The notes under the pieces: generated by a model
The model's database searches: none
Told to the model about the DNA's origin: nothing
What the model saw: the letters and a program-made list of their open reading frames with translations, nothing else
IMG/VR virus record: IMGVR_UViG_3300021598_001257
From: an uncultured virus (IMG/VR IMGVR_UViG_3300021598_001257)
Taxonomy: Duplodnaviria > Heunggongvirae > Uroviricota > Caudoviricetes
Reading direction: 5' to 3' (one strand)
Length of the DNA stretch: 20,000 nt
Program-made: the position numbers and the translations under genes
Part shown: piece by piece, positions 7,637-14,474 of the stretch
Layout of the letters: every line of letters starts with the position of its first letter
How positions within the stretch are numbered: position 1 is the stretch's first letter

Positions 7637-7793
7637 AGAACTTGTCTCGCGACATATACTCAATTTGCTTCTGCAGTTGTGAGATTTCGTGTTCTTGTTC
7701 TACAATTTTATTTTGCAGTTGTTCAATACGTTCTTGATACTGTGTCTTCAAATCAAACACCATTTTATTAGTGTGAGCAACGTGGTGAGTCAT
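7626..7793 (-). CDS. small coiled-coil protein (55 aa, not in ORF track)
   Basis: MTHHVAHTNKMVFDLKTQYQERIEQLQNKIVEQEHEISQLQKQIEYMSRD...; TGATG coupling. Confidence 0.65.
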   Translation of the reverse strand: MTHHVAHTNKMVFDLKTQYQERIEQLQNKIVEQEHEISQLQKQIEYMSRDKFYDC

Positions 7794-8032
7794 CAGGTTG
7801 TAAATGCCTCCACCATTCGAGATTGTTCATTTTCTACGAGAGCGAATCGTGGTGCCTTAATCACATTCTCGCGCAGTTTACTATAATGTTCTGTCCAACA
7901 TTCGTTATCCCATTCTACAACAATATCAAAACATTCATCGTCATTTTCTGCAATAACATTAAGCAAACCACCGTACTCCGATTGCCAAACTGGTACGAAG
8001 TAGTCAAGAATGTAAAGAAACTTTTGTGCCAT
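7793..8032 (-). CDS. hypothetical protein
   Basis: ORF track; GAGG upstream and first gene after a sigma70 promoter. Confidence 0.75.
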   Translation of the reverse strand: MAQKFLYILDYFVPVWQSEYGGLLNVIAENDDECFDIVVEWDNECWTEHYSKLRENVIKAPRFALVENEQSRMVEAFTT

Positions 8033-8055
8033 TTGTTTGTGTAAATTACCTCTTA

Positions 8056-8084
8056 AGTTTAGGATTAGTTGTCGTCGTTGTCAA
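8056..8084 (-). promoter_or_regulatory. canonical sigma70 promoter
   Basis: TTGACA-17 nt-TAAACT. Confidence 0.7.
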
Positions 8085-8157
8085 CATCTGCAGCGACAAT
8101 AAGTGAAGTTCCAATAGTCAAAAGGATACCAAGTCCCATACCAAGAATAAAAGTCAT
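8065..8157 (-). CDS. tiny membrane peptide (30 aa)
   Basis: MTFILGMGLGILLTIGTSLIVAADVDNDDN; TGATG coupling. Confidence 0.55.
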   Translation of the reverse strand: MTFILGMGLGILLTIGTSLIVAADVDNDDN

Positions 8158-8294
8158 CAATAAAACTCCGCGAGATAGTAGTCAACGGTTACCTCAAGTT
8201 TTGCTGCTTCAATCTCAACTTCTTTCCAGAACTCTTCTGCTACTTTGTCCATTTCTGCTTGTTTAATAAGGTCGCGGAGTCGTTTAGGAATCAT
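8157..8294 (-). CDS. hypothetical protein (45 aa)
   Basis: MIPKRLRDLIKQAEMDKVAEEFWKEVEIEAAKLEVTVDYYLAEFY; AAGGAG SD; ATGA coupling. Confidence 0.7.
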   Translation of the reverse strand: MIPKRLRDLIKQAEMDKVAEEFWKEVEIEAAKLEVTVDYYLAEFY

Positions 8295-8416
8295 TTGGAT
8301 TTCTCCTTAAGTTGTGCTTCTTCAGTAGGATACATTACCTTATAGTAATATATCATAATCGACGATACAAATGCAACCAGTGCTGCATAGATTGCTATAC
8401 CAAGTCCAATACTCAT
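8291..8416 (-). CDS. small membrane protein (41 aa)
   Basis: MSIGLGIAIYAALVAFVSSIMIYYYK...; ATGA coupling. Confidence 0.65.
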   Translation of the reverse strand: MSIGLGIAIYAALVAFVSSIMIYYYKVMYPTEEAQLKEKSK

Positions 8417-8586
8417 TCTACGTTACAATCTGGATGCCATCCTGCTTGTTGCTTACAATATTCTTGCTTAGCAGTCTCTTTATAGTATGCTTTGAATAGT
8501 TTTTCATCACGCTGGATTAGAAAGACATTCCAACCAAGAATGACTGCAAAACCAATCAATCCAGCGACGACGTACTTGCGGTTCAT
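8413..8586 (-). CDS. small membrane protein (57 aa)
   Basis: MNRKYVVAGLIGFAVILGWNVFLIQRD...; ATGA coupling. Confidence 0.7.
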   Translation of the reverse strand: MNRKYVVAGLIGFAVILGWNVFLIQRDEKLFKAYYKETAKQEYCKQQAGWHPDCNVE

Positions 8587-9002
8587 TTTTTAACAGCAGG
8601 TGCTTGTTGAATGTCAAAAGTAGGAACAGGAGCGCCACCATTACTGGGAACCATATAAACAGTTCGACTGGTGTTCTCTTCACCTTGAGTAATCCAAAGA
8701 TACTGAAGATAAGCAGGATTACCTTTCAAACTATCCCCAATAATGGAGTTTGCTTTTGCGACACCTTGAGCACGGATAATTTCAGCATCAGCGAGTTGTT
8801 GTGCCGAATCTTTCTTTGCTTGTGCTTCCAGAACTGCTACCTGTCGGGTATATTCTGCCTTTTGTAGTTCTGCTTTACCAGCAAGAGATTGTTGCCACAC
8901 ATTATATTGGGGACCACCAATAAAGATGAGACCACCAACTAAGAACACACCAGCAATAAAAAGAACAGCAGGAGGGTCAATAAATCCGCTTTGTTTGTTC
9001 AT
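8583..9002 (-). CDS. membrane protein with SPFH/band-7-like coiled-coil tail
   Basis: N-terminal TM helix; AEIIRAQGVAKANSIIGDSL..NPAYLQYLWI resembles prohibitin/HflC C-termini. Confidence 0.6.
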   Translation of the reverse strand: MNKQSGFIDPPAVLFIAGVFLVGGLIFIGGPQYNVWQQSLAGKAELQKAEYTRQVAVLEAQAKKDSAQQLADAEIIRAQGVAKANSIIGDSLKGNPAYLQYLWITQGEENTSRTVYMVPSNGGAPVPTFDIQQAPAVKK

Positions 9003-9190
9003 TTAGAAGAAACTCCAGTATTTTTAAAAATCAAATTAGCAAGAGCAATGATAGCAAAGTTCTGCCAGAAGGTCAAAGATACATTGAACCAAGACAGAAT
9101 GAGTCCAAGCAACCACGCTTCAAAGAGAAGTCCAGCAGTAGCAAGGACAATAACAACAAAGGCAGCAGCAAGAGTAGTAGAAGTTTTCAT
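8999..9190 (-). CDS. small polytopic membrane protein
   Basis: 63 aa, almost entirely hydrophobic. Confidence 0.75.
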   Translation of the reverse strand: MKTSTTLAAAFVVIVLATAGLLFEAWLLGLILSWFNVSLTFWQNFAIIALANLIFKNTGVSSK

Positions 9191-9193
9191 AGG

Positions 9194-9607
9194 TCAAACG
9201 TGAAGAGCAGCAGAGGGGATTTCAACAACTTCAGGGAGTTTCTCTTCAAAGGCGTTCATACTATAGCACACCCACTCACCATTTGTGAAGAGATAGTGAT
9301 ACTCTTCTGCACCATCAGGCAGCAAATACTCACACAGGTCAGCATCAAGACGAGGGGGAGAATCTTCACCGCGATAGGAATAATAGTTGGGACCATAAGA
9401 ACCCTTCACACCACTATCATTCCAACGCTCATCAGTCCAAGCACAAGACATATCACCACCGTCAATCAGTTCGGCAGCAAGTTGTCTGGTATTGTAGTGA
9501 GTCTTGAGAATACGACCCAACCAGGACTCATAACCGTCCCAGTGGTGATACACAGAGAGGATAGAACCATTCTTAAGTTCAATACCGATTCGTGCTCGGG
9601 TGCTCAT
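9194..9607 (-). CDS. conserved phage hypothetical protein
   Basis: MSTRARIG...SVYHHWDGY...GRIL and EEYHYLF motifs. Confidence 0.8.
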   Translation of the reverse strand: MSTRARIGIELKNGSILSVYHHWDGYESWLGRILKTHYNTRQLAAELIDGGDMSCAWTDERWNDSGVKGSYGPNYYSYRGEDSPPRLDADLCEYLLPDGAEEYHYLFTNGEWVCYSMNAFEEKLPEVVEIPSAALHV

Positions 9608-9623
9608 TTGAGAGTTGTTGCTT

Positions 9624-9650
9624 ACATTACTAGGACACTCTCAGGGGCCC
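9624..9650 (-). promoter_or_regulatory. GGGCCC-class promoter element, copy 5
   Basis: minus strand GGGCCC CTGAGAGTGTCC TAG TAATGT. Confidence 0.8.
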
Positions 9651-9658
9651 AATAACCA

Positions 9659-9823
9659 TCAACCACCCATCTCTCTCATACTTCGCACAAGATACTCAGT
9701 AAACTGTTCCATCTTCTCTGGATGAACTGCCTGAGGTCTTTCATTGATGGCATTTTTAAGTGCTGCCATTTCTTTCCATTCTTCATCAGTAAGTTTTGCT
9801 TGTTTTCCTGATGAAAGGGTCAT
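9659..9823 (-). CDS. hypothetical protein (54 aa, not in ORF track)
   Basis: MTLSSGKQAKLTDEEWKEMAALKNAINERPQAVHPEKMEQFTEYLVRSMREMGG; GGGAG SD. Confidence 0.75.
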   Translation of the reverse strand: MTLSSGKQAKLTDEEWKEMAALKNAINERPQAVHPEKMEQFTEYLVRSMREMGG

Positions 9824-9849
9824 ACTTTTGCTCCCGCGATTATGTTCAT

Positions 9850-9919
9850 ATCCTAACAGTATTTAAGAGAGATATGCGATTTCTTAATGTTGTCTTAAGA
9901 GTGTTGTAACTCTTCTTAA
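9850..9919 (-). promoter_or_regulatory. promoter with periodic TTAA repeats (Pho-box/OmpR-family-like), extended -10 and TTAAATA
   Basis: TTAA/GTAA at 9884, 9895, 9906, 9916; TGtTAGGAT at 9850-9858; TTAAATA at 9860-9866. Confidence 0.45.
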
Positions 9920-10140
9920 TCATTAAAGAATGTACCAAAATTACCGCGACTCCCAGGTTTTCTATCTTCCAGCATATCCATCAGTTCTTCAATTTTTTTA
10001 CAATTCTCCATGTCAAGGAGAAGTTGTGATAATTGTTTCACAACTAATGGTTTTTCTGATGTCGATGCAACACGAATAGCAGCACGAAGATGTGATTCTG
10101 CTTCCAAAATATGTTCTAAAGTTTGCTTACTTAATGCCAT
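9916..10140 (-). CDS. hypothetical helical protein
   Basis: ORF track, start at MALSK. Confidence 0.75.
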   Translation of the reverse strand: MALSKQTLEHILEAESHLRAAIRVASTSEKPLVVKQLSQLLLDMENCKKIEELMDMLEDRKPGSRGNFGTFFND

Positions 10141-10142
10141 AA

Positions 10143-10694
10143 TTAACACTCATCCATTCCTAAAGGTTTAGTTACTTTTCTTAATTCAAAACTACCATCA
10201 CCACGGTCAATCCATTCTACTATATCACCTTCCTTAAGTTCAGCTCTCTCAAGTAAATCATCAGGAAACTGCACGAAACAATCGCCAGTAAGACCATCAA
10301 CCTGAACAGGGAGTTGCCACTTTACTACTTTATCTTTTACTGGATAAATGTCTCCGTCTTCAGTTATATGAAGTTTGGATTCTTCTGACAAATTATTAAC
10401 ATCTTCCCAAAAATCCCTCCAAGCACCCTTACATTCTGGTGAAGGGTCATCTTTATCACAACTCAAAATTTCATTTAGATAATCCTGATATTTGTTATTG
10501 TCAACACCACTATTCAAAAGTGCAAGAAGTTCATATGCTTGAGATGTTTGATGCTTGTAAGTGTAATAGTTTTCTTTTACTACACCAACAATCACATCAT
10601 AAATCTCCTGTGGTGTTGCTTCACTTGCAGACATTGCATCGTGAACCCAGTTAGATAATTGCTCCAATGAATACTTTTTATAATCCATAATCAA
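10143..10694 (-). CDS. protein with C-terminal AbrB/MazE/SpoVT-like DNA-binding domain
   Basis: LPVQVDGLTGDCFVQFPDDLLERAELKEGDIVEWIDRGDGSFELRKV swapped-hairpin pattern. Confidence 0.7.
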   Translation of the reverse strand: MIMDYKKYSLEQLSNWVHDAMSASEATPQEIYDVIVGVVKENYYTYKHQTSQAYELLALLNSGVDNNKYQDYLNEILSCDKDDPSPECKGAWRDFWEDVNNLSEESKLHITEDGDIYPVKDKVVKWQLPVQVDGLTGDCFVQFPDDLLERAELKEGDIVEWIDRGDGSFELRKVTKPLGMDEC

Positions 10695-10894
10695 TCTTTG
10701 GGTTTGGGTTTAGAGCACTCGTGGCAGTAGTAAGAGAAACCATCACGAAAGTATTTTACAACTTGATAGTGGTCCTTGTCAAGTGGTTTTTCCACTCCAC
10801 ACTTATCACATATCCTTGTCTTTCTTGATGGACTTTCGAACTCGCTTGAGTTCTTTGAGTTCCATTTTAATATTTTTGTAAGCAGCGTCAGCAT
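10691..10894 (-). CDS. small zinc-ribbon protein (start uncertain)
   Basis: CDKC...CHEC; the only in-frame ATG lies deep inside the upstream gene. Confidence 0.6.
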   Translation of the reverse strand: MLTLLTKILKWNSKNSSEFESPSRKTRICDKCGVEKPLDKDHYQVVKYFRDGFSYYCHECSKPKPKD

Positions 10895-10985
10895 CTAATT
10901 TGCCTCCCATTTCCATTGCTATAATAATATCCACTCTCGTTCCAAAATGTGCAAGAGCAGTTTCAAATGAATCTAATTCATACAT
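10806..10985 (-). CDS. hypothetical protein
   Basis: MYELDSFETALAHFGTRVDIIIAMEMGGK... Confidence 0.7.
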   Translation of the reverse strand: MYELDSFETALAHFGTRVDIIIAMEMGGKLDADAAYKNIKMELKELKRVRKSIKKDKDM

Positions 10986-11199
10986 CCCCATTTTTCCAGT
11001 TATCAAGAGTCAGAATATCTATACGAGCATCAACTGCATCAATAGAATTCGAAAGTTCATAGAGACAATTACTGGTTTCTACATTTTCTAATTCAAGTAA
11101 TTCAACACGTTCTTGCAACTCAATCAGTTTGGAATATACATCATCGGGAATAGGTCTCTCATTTGGAGAGAAGAACCATTTAATAAACTTTTTAATCAT
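10978..11199 (-). CDS. coiled-coil hypothetical protein
   Basis: ORF track, start at MIKKF; heptad pattern. Confidence 0.7.
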   Translation of the reverse strand: MIKKFIKWFFSPNERPIPDDVYSKLIELQERVELLELENVETSNCLYELSNSIDAVDARIDILTLDNWKNGDV

Positions 11200-11371
11200 T
11201 ATCAAGTAATCCAACAGATTTCAAATAACGTCTATATGACATAAAACGCCCCAGAGATGGTTGTCCTGGAGCATTTAATTGGTGACAAATCTCACAATAA
11301 CATAACCACTCATACCAAGGAGTAGTTTTATCAAGAACGTGATAAGGATATTCTACAGTAGTTCTTTCCAA
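11192..11371 (-). CDS. hypothetical protein (59 aa, TTG start, not in ORF track)
   Basis: AAGGAG SD, then TTG-ERTTVEYPYHVLDKTTPWYEWLCYCEICHQL... Confidence 0.65.
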   Translation of the reverse strand: MERTTVEYPYHVLDKTTPWYEWLCYCEICHQLNAPGQPSLGRFMSYRRYLKSVGLLDND

Positions 11372-11520
11372 AATTGCTCTCCTTTTTGTAGTGCTAATAC
11401 AACAGTTGTGTGTTCTCGTGCGTGTCTATCAAGGTCTTTATCTTGGAAGTAAATGTTAGACCTTTCAACAGCACAGCGAAAGATGTTAGCCCAAAATTGT
11501 TGATTAGGTGTTAGACGCAT
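11353..11520 (-). CDS. hypothetical protein (55 aa, not in ORF track)
   Basis: MRLTPNQQFWANIFRCAVERSNIY...HAREHTTVVLAL; similar to 14295..14474. Confidence 0.65.
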   Translation of the reverse strand: MRLTPNQQFWANIFRCAVERSNIYFQDKDLDRHAREHTTVVLALQKGEQFWKELL

Positions 11521-11671
11521 TATCATTCTTTAGATTGGGATGTGGTGCATACAAAGGCCCAGGATAGTTGCCAGCAAACTTTGCAAGTTCTTGAACTGCT
11601 TTTACTGTTTCTTCTGTCTCTTCCCACTCCCAAGAGTTTCCATTTTTATCTACAAAATTGCGAATAGTCAT
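11504..11671 (-). CDS. hypothetical protein (55 aa, not in ORF track)
   Basis: MTIRNFVDKNGNSWEWEETEETVKAVQEL...; ATGA coupling. Confidence 0.65.
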   Translation of the reverse strand: MTIRNFVDKNGNSWEWEETEETVKAVQELAKFAGNYPGPLYAPHPNLKNDNASNT

Positions 11672-11886
11672 AGTTTTCCTCCAACAGTTGAATCATAAGT
11701 TTTATCGGGTGATTTGTCAAACTCACCCTCTTGCTTTGCTTTCAAATACCAACGGGTTGCTCTCACACATTCTTCTTCAGTCAGTGATGTAATAATCCCA
11801 CCACCGTCAGGATAATGTGACTGCCATAATCCATACTTTTTCTGCTCCACATAGAAAGCATTGTCGTCATAAAATTGTTTACTCAT
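11668..11886 (-). CDS. hypothetical protein
   Basis: ORF track; ends in YDSTVGGKL. Confidence 0.75.
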   Translation of the reverse strand: MSKQFYDDNAFYVEQKKYGLWQSHYPDGGGIITSLTEEECVRATRWYLKAKQEGEFDKSPDKTYDSTVGGKL

Positions 11887-12028
11887 AATGACTTAATTGC
11901 CTCTTCAGTTCTACTTGTGTCGAAATCAGTTTGCTGTATAGAAAGTCTTGATATTCATTACCTTCTAAAAGACTGGTAAGATTATCAATCTGTATTAGTG
12001 CAAGAATGAGTTTAGTCTTGTCGTTCAT
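11879..12028 (-). CDS. hypothetical protein (49 aa, not in ORF track)
   Basis: MNDKTKLILALIQIDNLTSLLEGNEYQDFLYSKLISTQVELKRQL. Confidence 0.65.
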   Translation of the reverse strand: MNDKTKLILALIQIDNLTSLLEGNEYQDFLYSKLISTQVELKRQLSHYE

Positions 12029-12170
12029 TGTTTTTCAGTTCTTCCACACGGTCCATAATGACTTTGATAAAGTCTTCTTCAGTCCAGGTGTTGAGAATAC
12101 TTTCCGTAGGAGAAGTTTCATCCCAGGTGATGGTGAATGATTTGTCTTCATTTTCAGTTACTTGTATCAT
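12012..12170 (-). CDS. hypothetical protein (52 aa, not in ORF track)
   Basis: MIQVTENEDKSFTITWDETSPTESILNTWTEEDFIKVI...; ATGA coupling. Confidence 0.65.
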   Translation of the reverse strand: MIQVTENEDKSFTITWDETSPTESILNTWTEEDFIKVIMDRVEELKNNERQD

Positions 12171-12418
12171 TTTTCATAAACTGGTCTTGTGTTGTTACAA
12201 TGTAAGAAGTATTTGTATTCGGCAAGTGCTCCATAATGCCATTGGATTATATCACATCCCTTATATGTGCCAACAACTTTTGTTTCTTGCGAATGTTCTG
12301 TTGGACTATCACCCCAAGAGATAAAACCAATAAAAATAATAACAACTACAACGGCACTAATCACGCCAGCAGCACCACGAAGAAATTCTTTTAGTGCTTG
12401 TTTATCATCTTGTGTCAC
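12167..12418 (-). CDS. single-pass membrane protein
   Basis: TM helix then KVVGTYKGCDIIQW...YFLHC; GTGA coupling. Confidence 0.7.
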   Translation of the reverse strand: MTQDDKQALKEFLRGAAGVISAVVVVIIFIGFISWGDSPTEHSQETKVVGTYKGCDIIQWHYGALAEYKYFLHCNNTRPVYEK

Positions 12419-12756
12419 AATTCACTCCAAGGTATTTTGCGGTCAAATAACTTTTTTAGAGCATCTGTAGGTGGGTCTGGATTTTCAATTTTTTCCATAA
12501 TATAATCATAATCTACTTCTGAGACATAAAATGTATATTGTTGCGGAAATTCACCCAAACGAAGTAATCTTTCTTCACTAATAGTGAGGTTATACCAATC
12601 ATCATAAGGATAGATATACATCTGATACCACCCATAATTTAGTTCCTCAAAAAATGCACAACGGTCAATGTTGTCATTATATTGTACGAACCTATAGTTG
12701 ATAGAATTGACCCAATTCCACCAAGAGTTCTCAAACCAAGTTTTAAGTTGTTTCAT
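12415..12756 (-). CDS. hypothetical protein
   Basis: ORF track, start at MKQLK. Confidence 0.7.
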   Translation of the reverse strand: MKQLKTWFENSWWNWVNSINYRFVQYNDNIDRCAFFEELNYGWYQMYIYPYDDWYNLTISEERLLRLGEFPQQYTFYVSEVDYDYIMEKIENPDPPTDALKKLFDRKIPWSEL

Positions 12757-12925
12757 CAGAATAATTAACGTAGAGATTGTCCCCACCAATGTTTAGATGA
12801 TACATTTTACCATTGTTGAGATAGATTCCCAACCACACTGCACGACCTTCTTCCATCGTTTCATAGTGTACCATACGAACATCCTCCAGCACAATCTCGT
12901 CTGGGTTTTTAACGAATCTACTCAT
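12743..12925 (-). CDS. hypothetical protein
   Basis: ORF track; ATGA coupling. Confidence 0.7.
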   Translation of the reverse strand: MSRFVKNPDEIVLEDVRMVHYETMEEGRAVWLGIYLNNGKMYHLNIGGDNLYVNYSDETT

Positions 12926-13233
12926 TTCAGCAACTCATCGACATCAACTCGATAAAAGTCCATCGGTTTGTTTTTGCCAAGCAATCCTAGCACATATCCC
13001 TCAAAATCGGTAGAGTCTGATTCGTAGATGACTTGACCATGATTATTGTCGCTCTCAGTATAGTTGTCAAGGTAATCAGAGAATGTGACAAAGATTGCCA
13101 TAGCTCGTGCTTTATCGTGCTCCGTAAGTGTTTTATGTGGGTGTGCCACAATACACATAATAGTGTTGAATAGTTCCTCTGGCGTATAAGAAAACGCAGG
13201 TGCTTCTTCGTTGAGTTTCAGTGGATTAGTCAT
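12922..13233 (-). CDS. hypothetical protein
   Basis: ORF track; ATGA coupling. Confidence 0.75.
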   Translation of the reverse strand: MTNPLKLNEEAPAFSYTPEELFNTIMCIVAHPHKTLTEHDKARAMAIFVTFSDYLDNYTESDNNHGQVIYESDSTDFEGYVLGLLGKNKPMDFYRVDVDELLK

Positions 13234-13541
13234 TTTTTAGATTTTGAATTGCGAGTAGTGTTTCTAGTGGAATCCACGCTGGATTTTCGTTTGCGAACTG
13301 GACTTGCACTTCCGTCACCTTTTGGTTTAGGTTTTTGCTCCACTTTTCTCTTGTGTTTTTTATTGGGCTCAGTGGGTTTTGCATCACGATAATCAATCTT
13401 TGTTTTCCTAGTATCTAGTTTATACCTTTCTAGGTATTTTTGCAAGTCATAGTCGTCCTTAAACCAACAGATTTTCTTTTCATTCATATGTTCTAATCTT
13501 ACACCAAAAGTTTCATATGGAAACAGTTCAGTGGAAATCAT
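13230..13541 (-). CDS. hypothetical protein with basic tail
   Basis: ORF track; KICWF...LQKYLERYKL motif. Confidence 0.75.
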   Translation of the reverse strand: MISTELFPYETFGVRLEHMNEKKICWFKDDYDLQKYLERYKLDTRKTKIDYRDAKPTEPNKKHKRKVEQKPKPKGDGSASPVRKRKSSVDSTRNTTRNSKSKK

Positions 13542-13930
13542 CGGGTGATGTGTTCGTACTCAACCACTCTACCACACTTAAAGTGGATTCTGCAACGTGG
13601 CCAATCATCATAGTGTCCGTTCCATTCTGCTGGATAAATCTCCACGTATTTTGTGATGGGATGAACTCTATACTTTCCGTGCTGTCCTGTAGGAATCCAT
13701 TCATAGTTTAAGAAAAGATGTTTATCGCTATGTCGTGGGTCATCTTTCTCAATAGTCTCAAAAGTTGATGTTCCTTTATAATCACCACACCACAAATAAC
13801 CGGCAGGGTCTATCCAGAAGTGAGACATCGTACCACTATAACAGTCTTCAATCTCTTTGGTTTGACACTCTACATTTGTGAAGTGTTCTCCAAGGTTATA
13901 TGAAGAACGAACGTAGTCAAATAATCCCAT
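13538..13930 (-). CDS. conserved phage hypothetical protein
   Basis: MGLFDY...QTK...F..G motif pattern. Confidence 0.75.
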   Translation of the reverse strand: MGLFDYVRSSYNLGEHFTNVECQTKEIEDCYSGTMSHFWIDPAGYLWCGDYKGTSTFETIEKDDPRHSDKHLFLNYEWIPTGQHGKYRVHPITKYVEIYPAEWNGHYDDWPRCRIHFKCGRVVEYEHITR

Positions 13931-14295
13931 TAACCCAACTCCACATCTTCTACAAGGTCTTTCAATCGGTTCATAAAGTCCTCATCCATAGGATATACTT
14001 TTTCTTTACCAGTCTCAATATCATCCACCATCTGGAGCAAACTATCCAAGAAGTGTTTGGGATAAATCTCATCTTCAAGACTGTCCCAGAAATAAAGAAT
14101 ACACTGCTCTAATGGGTCATCAGAGACAAGAAGTGCATAGTCTTGATAGTTATTGCATATTAAATCGGCCCAGTTCTGAAAGGCATACCAGCAATTGTAC
14201 CATCCTTGAATGAAACAAGAGTGCCAGTAGTATTCAAACCAAGATAGTTTGGTTTTCTTGGTATTAGTTCCTAGGATTGGTCTAGAGAATATCAT
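13930..14295 (-). CDS. hypothetical protein
   Basis: ORF track; TAATG coupling. Confidence 0.75.
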   Translation of the reverse strand: MIFSRPILGTNTKKTKLSWFEYYWHSCFIQGWYNCWYAFQNWADLICNNYQDYALLVSDDPLEQCILYFWDSLEDEIYPKHFLDSLLQMVDDIETGKEKVYPMDEDFMNRLKDLVEDVELG

Positions 14296-14474
14296 TAGAG
14301 ATAATGCGGTTTTTCTGTATCAAAATGATAGAATTTTACGTCTTTCATGTCAAGGCACATACGCACGGTTTCATGCTCTCTGTGTTCCCTGTCTGTTCCT
14401 CTATATAGTCCTCTGCGTTGGTAAGCACAGCACCAGACGTTGTAGTATATTTTTGTCTTTTCATTTTGATTCAT
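14295..14474 (-). CDS. hypothetical protein (59 aa, not in ORF track)
   Basis: MNQNEKTKIYYNVWCCAYQRRGLYRGTDREHREHETVRMCLDMK...; coupled on both sides. Confidence 0.7.
   Translation of the reverse strand: MNQNEKTKIYYNVWCCAYQRRGLYRGTDREHREHETVRMCLDMKDVKFYHFDTEKPHYL

Noticed and set aside
725..9650. 27-bp repeats as a CRISPR array or attC sites
   Set aside because: Copies are 0.9-3.7 kb apart and separated by whole genes; each contains a -10 box; no cas or integrase gene and no attC-like long dyad
9659..10140. NblA-like phycobilisome degradation protein
   Set aside because: Small helical proteins, but they lack the LSLEQxF signature
9916..10694. MazEF-type toxin-antitoxin pair
   Set aside because: The neighbouring ORFs lack MazF/PIN/RelE motifs
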